A stretch of DNA of 64,000 bases, taken from Malacoraja senta. Its lineage: Eukaryota. Under the pieces are notes generated by a model that ran no database searches, was not told the origin of the DNA, and worked only from the letters and a program-made list of their open reading frames with translations. The translations under genes and the position numbers were made by a program. The stretch lies in contig JAXLNO010000405.1 of assembly GCA_038087875.1 (NCBI GenBank), forward strand, positions 1 to 64,000. The letters are read 5' to 3'. Positions 11,153 through 23,857 of the stretch are shown here, one piece after another. The number at the start of each line of letters is the position of its first letter. The stretch's first letter is position 1.

Positions 11153-11379
11153 AGGCCCTGTCCCACTTTCACAACCTAATTCACGACCTCTGCCGAGTTT
11201 GCCCTTGACTCATACTCACAGCATGGTCGTCACGAGGTCATAGGTAAGTTGTAGCAGGCCGTGATGCTAGTCGTAGGTACTCGTGGCATCAAGTAGGTCG
11301 GGGCGTTTTTCTAGCCTGATGAAAAATGTCCACGAGTAAAAAAGGTTGTGAATTAGGTGGTGAAAGTGGGACAGGCCCT
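11153..11379. mobile_element. PIF/Harbinger-type MITE
   Basis: Terminal inverted repeats AGGCCCTGTCCCACTTTCAC / GTGAAAGTGGGACAGGCCCT flanked by a TTA duplication. Confidence 0.8.
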
Positions 11380-12534
11380 TTACAATTGTAATAAATTAAC
11401 CCACTACACGAAGCAACGGGTATGTCGTGCCTCCTCTCTGGAGCAGTTGCAATTGCTGTGGGGACGTGGTTCTTGCCACCATGCCCTGATGATGTAAGTT
11501 TTGATCAAACAAGTCAAGCCAAGCCAACAATATTTGTCACATACACATACAAGATGTGCAGTGAAATGAAAGTGGCAATGGCTGCAGGTTTGTGCAAAAA
11601 CTACAGAACAGAATAGAACAGAATCAGTATTTACATGTTAGAAAATAATTGTTTACAAAAGACACAACACAACAGTAAATTAGTCGCTGGTGAGATGAGA
11701 GTTTACATTCCTGATGGCCTGTGGGAAGAAACTCCGTCTCATCCTCTGTTTTCACAGCGTGACAGTGGAGGCGTTTGCCTGACCTTAGCAGCTGGAACAG
11801 TCCGTTGCTGTGAAAAAGTTACTTTTATAACAACTAAACAGGTTTGCTTCTTAATAAACAGACACCACACAAACTGTTTGGTAGACCAGTTCAAAACTTT
11901 ACTTAACATCGGCCGATGGAAGGGAGCGAGAATTCCAGCTAAGTGACCAATGTAGACACTCGACTGTCCTCGGTCCCCTTCTCTGAACAACAGAATTACA
12001 TTGTCTTAAATAGTTTTTTTTTGTCCCCTTAGCACATTCCACAGACATTAGTCATGGGCAGAGGTACAGGAAAAGGTTTCCACAGAATGCATCACATCAA
12101 AGGCCTTTTGTTTACATGGTACAAGATATACTAAAAACATTGGCCATTTGTTTTAGGTCATTTTATCTTCAAAGAGATCACCCTAGCTCTTTCGCTGCTT
12201 CCTCTCTGTCACTTGGTCCCTCATAAACATAGGCCATTTGGTTTATGGCATCTTATCTTTCCACTTCCCTGGTTCCTCTCTCATCACCTCCTCCCCCATA
12301 AACATTGGCCATTTGTTTTATGGCATCTTACTTCAAAGATGTGACTAGCTGTTTCTTTCTCTGTCACTTCCTCACTTGGGAGACAATGTTATGGTATTTA
12401 TTATCTCAATACCCCAAAACCTGAGGCAACTTAACTTGCCTTTCTGTATTATTCTACTGGAGAAAAGCCTGATTTGAGACTAAATATAAGCTGTAAGCTT
12501 TTCTTATATTTTTTAACATAATTCAGCTTTATCA

Positions 12535-12546
12535 TTCCATCCTTTT
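12535..12546 (-). promoter_or_regulatory. ERV polypurine tract
   Basis: AAAAGGATGGAA on the minus strand immediately before the TG of the 3' LTR. Confidence 0.75.
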
Positions 12547-12799
12547 ATCAAAATCTTGATAATAGCTACAGTCCTTGCCGAGTACATACGAAAGACCATA
12601 AGCATCTCATCAGGCAAATTATCTCACTGTCTGTAGTCAGGGTATCTTTGCTGCACTTGTCATGTTTGACTCCAATCTTGTTTAAAAGGATGTATGTACC
12701 ATCCTTTAAATGTGGGTTAGTCTGCAAGTTTGCCATTCTGAAGAAAGTCCAGTCCATGTGGGCCACCCCAGAATAAAAGGAGGGTCAATAGCTCCACAA

Positions 12800-13160
12800 A
12801 CCGTTCACAGTCAATCAAATGTATCCAACGACGATGATCTTCAATCTTCACAGCAGTTTATGTTGTTGATAGCACTTGGTTGTTCCTTTCAACACAATCT
12901 CAATTTCTTCTTGTCCCAGCACATGGTCATTTTGTAGCCTTTATGGACTCGTCCCTGTGCTCACTGGTTTTCAGCCCAGCTCCTCTAACCTGGGAATGCA
13001 GATCTGGCAAGACCTGGGTTAATTGCTGTCCATACATAATTAGTTAATTGCCCAGGGCCTGTAGGTGGCTTCCCCCCACTCTCCAGGGGGTGGGCACAGC
13101 AGCCTTTCCTGAATCAATAAAAAAGTTGTAAATCCTGTTTCTCTAGCTGCAGTTGAATAA
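12800..13160 (-). pseudogene. Degenerate retroviral integrase C-terminal region
   Basis: TGFTTFLLIQER and TAVKIEDHRRWIHLIDC resemble the TGxSPFE and TAVKV..WIH motifs of retroviral IN; stops and frameshifts present. Confidence 0.6.
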
Positions 13161-14158
13161 CCCCAATCTACTCTGAAGAAGGGCTTCGGCCCAAAATGAT
13201 GCCTATTTCCTTCGCTCCATAGATGCTGCCTCATCCCCTGAGTTTCTCCAGCACTTTTGTCTACCTTTGATTTTCCAGCATCTGCAGTTCCTTCTTAAAC
13301 ACTTCTCTGTGAACTTATTCTTTAATCCAATTATATCTGAAGAGGCTCTCCCCACCTAAATATTAAATTCTCCAAATATGTTCTCTTCCCCAATCTACTT
13401 ATCTTTTCACCTTTTATCCCTCATTGTGAGTTCCCTCAAACCCCCTTTTGTAAGCCATAAGACAATTTTACATGTACATTCATTTCCCTTACACAGCACA
13501 TGCTTCAACACCTTTGTTCGTCTGCAGACCGTAATCTTGCCTCATTTGCATTTTAAAGGACAACCTCTGTTATCACATCAAAACAATCTTTCCCAAAAGA
13601 ACTCACTCAGAATCAGTAATCAATAATACATTTTCTTTTTCTCTGTAATTTTGACATTTCCAATCTCATTTAACACTTTAATTGGGATGAGTCTTTTTTT
13701 GAACTCGGCTCAAAAGATTTATAACAACCAACACATTTTATCATTTGAGTATAACTCCACCCCCCATTCATGGCAGTGCCTTAAAGGAACACACCATAAC
13801 CTGCCTGTTCATTTGCATTTTAAAGGACAAACTGTTCTTAAAGGGACACACACCTTTGCTCATTGCTTCAAATTTCACACATTCCACATACAAAAAACAT
13901 TGTTTTACAAGCAGTACATACACAAAAAAATTGTTTTACCAGCAGTATATAATATTTCATCTTCAAAGACGTCTCTTTGTAATTTACTTTCCCTTTTTCT
14001 GACAAGACTTCTGTTTACCAGAATCCTGGTTACCTAACCCTAATTGGACTTTGATCCAGATCATGATTAGTCAGACTCCCCGTGACTTTTCAGTCTCCCT
14101 ATCCTATCCTCATTTCTCCACCGAATTTGTCTTCATCCCCAATTTTTCTATAACACAG

Positions 14159-14600
14159 TCAGAAAAAGGATTCCCCCGGGGTAATTTTGTTTTGCAATGC
14201 CCCATAGGCTCTTTCCACCATCCCAGATGCCTGTGGGTGATGTACACAGTGAAATTGCTGTCGGATATAAAAATGTGTACATATTTCCTTACTAATAGTG
14301 GCAATAAAATGGGGACCATTGTCCGAGCTTATGACAGTAGGTAGGCCAAACCTGGGAATAACTTCCCTTAACAACAATGTTACTGTAGTCTCAGCAGTAT
14401 TATTAGTGGTGGGTAGAGCTTCAATCCACCTGCTAAATAAATCTAAAATCACTAAGCAATATTTATAACACTGGGCCCTTGGCATATCAATAAAATCAAT
14501 CTGTATGCATTCAAACGGTCGTGATGGCATTGGCGTCACCCCTGAGGATATCTTAATTGGTTTGCCTGGATTACTTCGTTGGCAAATTTTACATTCAGAG
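14159..14600 (-). pseudogene. pol: Retroviral integrase core (DDE)
   Basis: PFECIQIDF..LVILDLFSRWIEA..PRFGLPTVISSDNGPHF..HPQASGMVER. Confidence 0.9.
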
Positions 14601-14867
14601 GCCTGCTTCAGTGCCTCTTGCCGGATTTTTCAGGTGCCACCACGTTTCCTTTATCATCCTTATCATTCCCTCCTTACCAGCATGGGTAAGTGAGTGAATA
14701 TATGTTAGTAAAACAGGTAAAAATGCATCAGATACACCAACTTGTCCAAGCGGGGTGAGCCGAATCAATGGCACAGCCCTCCTGTTTCCATAGTTGTTTT
14801 GGGTTATCAGAGGCGTCCCTCTGTAATGTACATACTTCCCTCATGTTTGGCAGGACCGTTCTATTTG

Positions 14868-15311
14868 CTAGCATCTGTTTACCATCACCTGTTTCTCACC
14901 TCCTGCCTGTCTCTTAATTATTTTCTCTTGTTCCTTCGCCCACTGGCATTCTAGTTGCAATACTTTCCATCCTTTCATAGTGCCATCCTTATTTCGTAAC
15001 TCTATCCCTTGTTTACATGCAGTATCCATCCAACTTCGATCTCTACTCTCCTCATGCTTCTTTTCTGCTTCTGCTTTCCACGTTTTAATTCCCTTCTTCC
15101 ATTTCTTTCCTGCCTTCCTTTCCCATATCAACATCTCTGCTTTTTTAATTGTCTCGACATTCCATGTGCCCCCTACTGGCCAGGCTTCATCCCCCAACCG
15201 TTTGGTCAACTTGTAACTTAACATTCTAAATTTCGTATTATACTTAGGATTCAAATAACACATATGTTGGACGGGGGTTCCCCCCTCACTGTTATCCAGA
15301 GCATTCCCCAT
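14868..15311 (-). CDS. gag: Truncated retroviral Gag N-terminus (matrix-like), 147 aa
   Basis: First ORF after the PBS and leader; starts MG (possible myristoylation) and contains WPVGGTW, resembling the WP..GT motif of retroviral MA. Confidence 0.65.
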   Translation of the reverse strand: MGNALDNSEGGTPVQHMCYLNPKYNTKFRMLSYKLTKRLGDEAWPVGGTWNVETIKKAEMLIWERKAGKKWKKGIKTWKAEAEKKHEESRDRSWMDTACKQGIELRNKDGTMKGWKVLQLECQWAKEQEKIIKRQAGGEKQVMVNRC

Positions 15312-15342
15312 TGATAGATAGAGAGAAAGAGAAAGAGAAAGC

Positions 15343-15827
15343 AGACTTCTTAATTCCGAATCGTTCCAAATATATCAACCAGGCCGACTCGCTACTCGAG
15401 ACCCCAGTTTCTCAATTTGGCTGACTTTTTTTTGTACCTCTTTGATATACGACCCAAGTGTCTCAACGAGGCCGACTCACTAACCGAGACCCCCGTTTCT
15501 CAACCTGGCAGACCTAAAATAAGCCCCATGTGTCTCAACGAAGCAGACCCGCTAACCGGGACCCCCGTTTCTCAACCTGGCAGACTTCTTAATTCCGAAT
15601 CGTTCCAAATATATCAACCAGGCCGACTCGCTACTCGAGACCCCAGTTTCTCAATTTGGCTGACTTTTTTTTAACCTTTTTGATATACGACCCAAGTGTC
15701 TTAACGAGGCCGACTCGTTAACCGAGACCCCCGTTTCTCAACCTGGCAGACCTAAAATAAGCCCCATGTGTCTCAACGAAGCAGACCCGCTAACCGAGAC
15801 CCCCGTTTCTCAACCTGGCAGACTTCT
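15343..15827. repeat. About 240-bp tandem duplication with internal sub-repeats in the ERV leader
   Basis: CAGACTTCTTAATTCCGAATCG.. occurs at about 15342 and 15581; repeated GAGACCCCCGTTTCTCAACC. Confidence 0.8.
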
Positions 15828-16347
15828 TACTCTTTAATATACAACGCCACTTATTTCTCAATCCGACAACTCTTCGGATGTCTCAATAAGCCAGACGCAC
15901 ACCTCAACCCCCGTATCTCAACCCGACAAATCACGGATATCTCAACGAGGCCGATGAGCCCTTAGTAGAGAGAGAGAGAGAAGAAAAAAAAGAAAACAAA
16001 GAGAGATGGACAGAGAGAGAGAAAAAGAGAAACCACTCACGTCCTTCTTAACAATATACACAAGCCCTTCTTAAAAATACATGCACAATTCTGTCTTTAA
16101 AATACATACACAATCCCTTCTTAAAAAAAAAAACCCTATAAAGCCCAACTGGTCTTACCTTGGTCTGTTTCTAAGAACCTCGGCAGGGAACCTGGATCAA
16201 CCTCTGATGAAGGATCACAGACATTCCCGGGAGTTTCTAGGGAGTCGGTCTTACAAGGGGGCCGATAGAGCTCAGTTATCTCCCTTCCAATCCCGGCAAC
16301 CTCTGCAACCTCTTGCACAGTCAGCCGTTGATGTGGTCCCAGCGAGG

Positions 16348-16364
16348 CCTGCATAACTACGCCA
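16348..16364 (-). promoter_or_regulatory. ERV primer-binding site, tRNA-Ser-like
   Basis: TGGCGTAGTTATGCAGG one base after the 5' LTR; partial match to TGGCGTAGTCGGCAGG, the complement of a vertebrate tRNA-Ser 3' end. Confidence 0.7.
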
Positions 16365-17511
16365 ATGAAAAAGTTACTTTTATAACAACTAAACAGGTTT
16401 GCTTCTTAATAAACAGACACCACACAAACTGTTTGGTAGACCAGTTCAAAACTTTACTTAACATCGGCCGATGGAAGGGAGCGAGAATTCCAGCTAAGTG
16501 ACCAATGTAGACACTCGACTGTCCTCGGTCCCCTCCTCTGAACAACAGAATTACATTGTCTTAAATAGTTTTTTTTTGTCCCCTTAGCACATTCCACAGA
16601 CATTAGTCATGGGCAGAGGTACAGGAAAAGGTTTCCACAGAATGCATCACATCAAAGGCCTTTTGTTTACATGGTACAAGATATACTAAAAACATTGGCC
16701 ATTTGTTTTAGGTCATTTTATCTTCAAAGAGATCACCCTAGCTCTTTCGCTGCTTCCTCTCTGTCACTTGGTCCCTCATAAACATAGGCCATTTGGTTTA
16801 TGGAATCTTATCTTTCCACTTCCCTGGTTCCTCTCTCATCACCTCCTCCCCCATAAACATTGGCCATTTGTTTTATGGCATCTTACTTCAAAGATGTGAC
16901 TAGCTGTTTCTTTCTCTGTCACTTCCTCACTTGGGAGACAATGTTATGGTATTTATTATCTCAATACCCCAAAACCTGAGGCAACTTAACTTGCCTTTCT
17001 GTATTATTCTACTGGAGAAAAGCCTGATTTGAGACTAAATATAAGCTGTAAGCTTTTCTTATATTTTTTAACATAATTCAGCTTTATCAGCTGGGGGGGA
17101 AGGGGTGCCCCATAATGTTGCTGGCTCTGGATCTGCACCTCCTGATGTATAGTTCCTGCAGGGGGGCGAGAGTAGTTCCCATAATTGTTCGGCCGAACGC
17201 ACTACTTTCTGCAGAGCCTTCCTGTCCTGGGCATAGCTGTTCCCAAACCAGATTGAGATGTTGCTGGACAAGATGCTTTCTACAGCCCCAGAGTAGAAGC
17301 ACTGAAGGATCCTCAGAGAGACTCTGAATTTCCTCAGCTGTCTGAGGTGGTAAAGGCGCTGCATATTTGAGATAATTAATAGGTGATCAACTTCTTTTTG
17401 CCTTCATACAACTTTGTTTTTTTTCCCCAGAGTCATTTATAAATGTCTGTCCTTGTAACTTGAAATATTCTGACAAATGGACACAATAAAGGCCTTGATA
17501 ACTTGTCTAAC

Positions 17512-18052
17512 CATGTATTGTGTGCCGTTTTGGTCCCCTAATTTGAGGAAGGACATTCTTGCTTTTGAGGGAGCCCAGCGTAGGTTCACCAGGTTCATCC
17601 CGGGATGGCGGGACTGACATATGCTGAGAGAATGGAGTGGCTGATCTTGTATACTCTGGAGTTTAGAAGGATGAGATGGCATCTTATTGAAACATATAAG
17701 ATTGTTAAGGGCTTGGACACGCTAGAGGCAGGAAACATGTTCCCGATGTTGGGGCAGTCCAGAACCAGGGGCCACACACAGTTTAAGAATAAGGGGTCGG
17801 CCATTTAGAACGGAGACGAGGAAACACTTTTTCTCACAGAGTTGTGAGTGGAATTCTCTGCCTCAGAGGGCGGTGGAGGCCGGTTCTCTGGATGCTTTCA
17901 AGAGAGAGGCTCTTAAAGATAGAGGAGTCAGGGGATATGGGGAGAAGGCAGGAACGGGGTACTGATTGGGGATGATCAGCCATGATCACAGTGAATGGCG
18001 GTGCTGGCTCGAAGGGCCGAATGGCCTACTCCTGCACCTATTGTCTATTGTT
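17512..18052 (+). mobile_element. CR1 LINE 3' fragment
   Basis: LEFRRMR..LIETYKI, 3' UTR and TTGTCTA tail. Confidence 0.85.
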
Positions 18053-18474
18053 TATTGTTTTTCACATCTCCGCTGCACTGTAATGCTGTTTGTTGGTTCA
18101 CAGGGCAATGTCTCCCTTCACATTCAATTGTCACCTGATGGTTCTATTTATATTGTTCATTCCAGAGCTACATAGTTTGTGAACATCTGTCGACATCATG
18201 GCTGAAGATGGTGACTGGGGAGGTGATTCAGTGGCCTGTACATCAAAGGAACAAAAAGGTTAGTGATCCTTCTGTGACACATATATGATGCCCTGACAGT
18301 GGGTGTACACCTGAGGCAAGAAATGAGGCTCACACGGAAGTGGGAACAGGGAAGGGGGTGAGCACAGAGTTGACATCTACAGGGACATCAGTCACAGGTG
18401 GGTGGATGCAGGAATTGTTTGATAAATCAGCACTCTTTTTGGAAACAACTGATCTGAGTTGCCACAAAAGTGAC

Positions 18475-18815
18475 AATCCTGGCCACACATTCATCTCCCC
18501 GCTACCTTCAGGTAGAAGGTACAGGAGCCTGAAGACTGCAACGACCAGGTTCAGGAATAGCTACTTCCCCACAGCCATCAGGCTATTAAACTTGGCTCAG
18601 ACAAAACTCTGAACATTAATAGCCCATTATCTGTTATTTGCACTTGATCAGTTTATTTATTCATGTGTGTATATATTTATAGAATGGTATATGGACACAC
18701 TGATCTGTTCTGTAGTCAATGCCTACTATATTCTGTTGTGCTGAAGCAAAGCAAGAATTTCATTGTCCTATCTGGGACACATGACAATAAACTCACTTGA
18801 ATCTTGAATCTTCTT
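18475..18815 (+). mobile_element. Rex1/Babar-like LINE 3' end
   Basis: PLPSGRRYRSLKTATTRFRNSYFPTAIRLLN, then AATAAA and a (CTTGAAT)n tail. Confidence 0.75.
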
Positions 18816-19164
18816 GATCTTGATCTGAGTTGCCACAAAAGTGAAGTCAGAATATCAGTGTCCAGAATCAGATTCTGCGCAGAAATGAGCCTTTGACCCG
18901 TCTGCCACCTGACAATTTCTCCACACTAATCCCATTTCTGAGCACTTGGTCTGTCGCCTACTATCAATGTACAGTTTGAAAGGACATCGTACAATGTTGT
19001 GACAGAGTACCTGCCTCCAACACCACCTCAGGCAGTGTGTCCCATACTGCAGCCATCACTGCTGAAAGATTCTTCCTGAAAGATCATCCTCTAAACCTCA
19101 TGGTCCCCGCATTAAATCGATGCCCCCTGGTGTTAGGCATCTCTACTATGGAGACAACTATTTG

Positions 19165-19530
19165 TTTGCACAGGCTAGATGCAGGAAGATTGTTCCCGAT
19201 CTTGGGGAAGTCCAGAACAAGGGGTCACAGTTTAAGGATAAAGGGGAAATCTTTTAGGACCGAGATGAGAAAAACATTTTTCACACAGAGAGTGGTGAAT
19301 CTGTGGAATTCTCTGCCACATAAGGTAGTTGAGGCCAGTTCATTGGCTATATTTAAGAGGGAGTTAGATGTGGACCTTGTGGCTAAAGGGATCAGGGGGT
19401 ATGGAGAGAAGGCAGGTACAGGATACTGAGTTGGATGATCAGCCATGATCATATTGAATGGCGGTGCAGGCTCGAAGGGCCGAATGGCCTACTCCTGCAC
19501 CTATTGTCTATGTTTCTATGTTTCTATGTT
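19165..19530 (+). mobile_element. CR1 LINE 3' end
   Basis: RTRGHSLRI..FFTQRVVNLWNSLP and TTTCTATG tail. Confidence 0.85.
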
Positions 19531-20248
19531 CCATCGACGCTACTTTTCTCACAGTATTCTGTACCTCTATCGGATCACTGCCTGTCCGCCCCAGCTTCAA
19601 GGAAGACGACTTAAATCACTCCAGTCTGCTGATAATTGAAATATTCATTTCCGAGCAATATCCTGAATCTCCTCTGCATCGTCTCCAGTGCAAAGGCATC
19701 CTTCCCACAGTATAGAGATCAGAATTCCACACACTCCTCCAACTTAAGGCTTAATTAACTCCCTATACATTTGTATCAAGGCCTCCCTGCATTTGCATTC
19801 AATGCTGCAGCTGATGACAAGAATGTTCAATGCTGTCTTGGTGTGCTGCTGACTTTAGGGATCTATGGATTTGTACGGGTGTTTCTCAGTGGTCTCAAGG
19901 CCCTTGCAATTCATGGTGAATATCCTGGGTACACAAAAATGCTGGAGAAACTCAGCGGGTGCAGCAGCATCTATGGAGCGAAGGAAATAGGCTGAATATC
20001 CTGGTTTTATTTACCCCTCCAACATGCGTCACCTTGCCCACATCAGGATTAAATTTGAAATGTCATTTCTCCGCCCAACATGTTGACTAATCATTGACAA
20101 ATACTGGTACAAATCCATTGTGGCGGTAGAAATGTTTAGTCAAGTGATCACTAATTTGGCAGATCACTGAAAGGCCAAAATCAGGAATACTTGGAACAAA
20201 ATTATCAGATTATCTCAAAGTAACAAAGCATCCAAATGTTATATTGGA

Positions 20249-20820
20249 CTAGACCAAGGGGGACCCGTTGGGTCCTGTCCCCTCAACGCGTGGTTGGGGG
20301 GGGCGGCATGCGGCGTCACACACGCACTAACCACCCCCCACACACATACTAACTACCCTCCTTGATATTATATTAATATTATTCATTTGCGCCTTTTACC
20401 CCATAACCGCCCTATCCACTGACGCATAGCCCCAACTCGCAGGCGCGTCTAGAGAGGGAGGGGGGTAGAGAGTGAGGGCAGAGAGAGGAGGGGGGAAAGA
20501 GGAGGGAGGAGAGACAGAGGAGGGGGGAGAGAGAGAGGAGAAGGGGGAGAGAGAGGAGGAGGGGAGAGAGGAGGGGGTAGAGAGAGGAGGGGGGCGGGAG
20601 AGGAGGGGGCGAGAGAGGAGGGGGGTAGAGAGAGCAGGGAGGGTGAGAGGAGGGGGGGTGAGAAAGGGGGTAGGGAGAGGGGGGCAAGAGGAGGGAGGAG
20701 AGAGGAGGGGGTAGAGAGAGGAGGGAAGGTGAGAAAGAGGAGAGAGGAGGGGGGAGAGAGAGAGAGGAGCGGGGTCGGCAGCTCGCTGGGGCCCGAGCGA
20801 AGCCCGGAGCGATCTGAGGA
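20249..20820 (-). mobile_element. Helitron-type element 3' portion with GA-rich tract
   Basis: Minus-strand GGACCC..GGGTCC hairpin then CTAG-T terminus at 20249; the 5' extent is unclear. Confidence 0.55.
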
Positions 20821-20829
20821 CTCACAAAT

Positions 20830-23152
20830 CTGAAGAACAAGAATTATCAATTATCTCGCTGGATGATGAAAAAGCATTTGATCAAGTAGAATGGAATTAT
20901 ATGGATAAAGTATTACAAAAATTCCAACTGGGAGAGAATTTTATTCTATGGATTAAATTATTATATAACAAACCTACAGCTAGAATACTAATAACATATT
21001 ATCCTCGAAATTCCAACTATCAAGGGGAAATAGATAAGGATGCTCATTATCACCACAGTTGTTTGCTCTTATTATTGAACCGCTAGCAGAAAAAATTAGA
21101 ATACACCATGATATATTACTGTATATTACAAAACCCCAAATCACTATACCAAATATATTAAATTTAATTGAAGACTTTGGATCTTTTTCTGGATACAGAA
21201 TAAACTGGAATAAAAGTGAAATTATGTCAATAAAACCGAAAGATTCAACACATCTTTTAAAATTCCCTTTTAAAATAGCTACAGAAAAATTCAAATACTT
21301 GGGAATTTAAATTACTAGAACATACCAAGGTATGTTTAAAGCAAATTTTGATCCCCTACTTAATAAATTAAACACACTAATTAAATTTTGGAAAACGCTT
21401 CCGATGTCTTTAATAGGCCGAATAAATGCAATAAAAATGATTTTTTTACCACAAATTTTATACCTATTTCAATCGATTCCTATATACTTACCAAAGAAGT
21501 TTTTTTTTAAACTGGACTCAGATATCACTAACTTCATATGGGACTATAAATCACATAGAATACAAAAAACTCATTTGAATAAACCTAAAGTAATAGGGGG
21601 TTTAGCACTACCTAACTTTATGTATTATTATTGGTCAGTAAATATTAAAAATATGATTCAACTGATGGATAACTCCGCCCAGCAAGTGGACTGGATTGTA
21701 ATGGAGAGAGAGGACTGCTCCGCTGGAAACATTGGAGCGATCCTTCTCTCACGAATGAAACTGAATAACATAAACTATAATAAGAACCCAATTATTCATA
21801 GTACAATCCGAATTTGGAAACAAATAAAACAAAATTTAAAATTAAGAAATTTATCACTTTTATCTCCCATAGTTAATAACCCTTCGTTTAATCCCTCTAT
21901 TATAGATAAATCTTTCACGCACTGGGATAGACTAGGAATTAAAACGTTCGGTGACCTGTATGAAACTGGAAAATTACTTTCATTTCAACAATTACAAATA
22001 AAATATAACCTCGGAAATAATCAATATTTTAAATATTTTCAAATATGCGACTATTTAAAAAAATATACAAAAGATCATTATAATAGCCCAGCAGATGTAT
22101 TGGATGATGCAATGCAGATAAAAGCTGAATCAGCAAATTTAATATCATATTTGTATAATATTATCTTAAATGTAGAAATACCATCTACGGAGGGTATCAG
22201 AAGAGACTGGGAACAAGAATTAGCTATTAAAATTTTAAAGGAAAGGTGGAATCAACACTTATTAAACGTGCATAAATGTTCGATTAATGTAAGACACACT
22301 TTAATACAATTTAAAATTTTACATAGATTATATTATTCCAAAACTAAAATCCATAAAATTTTCCCCAATGTATCATCCATTTGTGATAAATGTCAATCCC
22401 AAGAAGCTACTATAGCGCACTCATTTGTTTTCTGTACAAAAATTCAAAAATGTTGGATTGAAATTTTTGAAATCTTTATAAAATTATTTAAAATAAAACT
22501 GACATCCAAAGCAGAATGGATTATCTTCGGAATAACGGAAGATGGTACAGAACTAAATGTGTTCCAAAAGAAAGTAATAGACTACGGGTTAATAACTGGA
22601 AAAAAGCTAATCCTAAAATTTTGGAAAAAGGCTCCAATACCAACTATAAATATGTGGATTTCAAATATGTTCGAAACATTACACCTAGAAGAGATAAGAC
22701 TCCTCCTGGCAGGTAAACCTGACGTGGTCTGCATTTATAGAATTATTACAAATATAGGGTGCAAAAGTACCTTAAAAAAACTGAGGTCAGGTAAGGGGGG
22801 ACGAAAGTTGGATAGTTGGTATATCCCATTTGCGTGATACTTACAAAAATTATTTGTTTTTTCTCTTTTCCCTCTTTCTCTATCCTCTTCTTTTGTAGGG
22901 TCTATTTCTTAACTCTTTTTCTTTTGTTTTTAATTTTGTTCTTATAGGGTCTTCGTTCTTTCTTGTTGTCACGTTTGCTACACTTTCACCTTTTCCTTCA
23001 CTTTCCTCTTTCTCTCAATTTCATCCCTTCCCTTTACTAGTGTAAAAAAACAAACGGAGTACATTAACTGTAAGAAGATATATGTGACGAGTACTAATGT
23101 TCGTGGTTTTAATGTAATGTACTTCTAATAAATAAAAATAAATTAAAAAAAA
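20830..23152 (+). mobile_element. L1-clade LINE, 5'-truncated ORF2 with 3' UTR and A tail
   Basis: EKAFDQVEW, KFKYLGI, GGLALPN, QFKILHRLY..CDKC..AHSFVFC; T-rich 3' UTR, AATAAA and poly(A). Confidence 0.9.
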
Positions 23153-23857
23153 CCAGCGGAGGGCCGGCCGATCGTGGCTTCCGCGCGAGGGGAAGCCCAC
23201 CCACCAGCGTGACAGACAAATGGGCGGGGGAGACGAAGAGGAGGTCGTCCTCTGTGACGGCCGCCACGACCACTTTTCCACCCCACTTGTCCACGCTGCG
23301 ATAACGACCGCCGCCGCCATGTTGTAGAATTTCATGGAGCCCAGCGGAGCGCGGAGCACGACTTGAGCACGTGTTTAGCGGCTTCAATCCAGAGCCGTGA
23401 CGGGGGGGGGGGGAGGAGGGCGGCTGGGCCATGTAACCCGCAGCTCATGGAATAGAGTGGCCAGCAGGCTGCGTGTTGATACCTCTACGCCGCGTGGAGC
23501 AGAGGCATTGTGACGTCATCCAGCTTGCTTCAGCACGTTAGATTTACACTATTTGCAACACCCACCCACACTGTCCCCACCTTCCTGAACTCTCTCTGCA
23601 CCCTCTCTACTCCCCTGTTCCTGCTCTGCACCCTCCACGTCCCAGCCCTGCCCACCTGTGCCCTCTCTGCACCCTCTCCACTCTCCTGAACCCTCTCTAC
23701 ATCCCCTCCATTCTCATGAACCCTCTCTGCACCCTCCACCCCATCAAATAGTGAAAAGGCCTGGATAGAGTGGATGTGGAGAGGATGTCTCCACCAGTGG
23801 GAGAGTCTAGGACCGGATTGCACAGTTTCAGAATAAGACGTACCTTTAGAATGGAGA

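Larger units (their letters stand above)
11811..17089 (-). mobile_element. Endogenous retrovirus (gamma/epsilon-like), internally deleted, non-autonomous
   Basis: Two 724-bp TG..CA LTRs (11811-12534 and 16366-17089), 4-bp TSD GCTG, PBS, PPT, gag and integrase remnants. No RT or env recognised. Confidence 0.92.
11490..17364 (-). mobile_element. Rex1/Babar-like LINE 3' fragment split by the ERV (pieces 11490-11810 and 17094-17364)
   Basis: QRLYHLRQLRKF..VESIL.. and RCRSRASNIMGHPFPPS continue as NGLFQLLRSGKR on the other side of the ERV. Confidence 0.75.

Noticed and set aside
12535..14150. Possible env or RT gene in the ERV
   Set aside because: No long ORF, YxDD motif, furin site or transmembrane pattern recognised; only integrase remnants.
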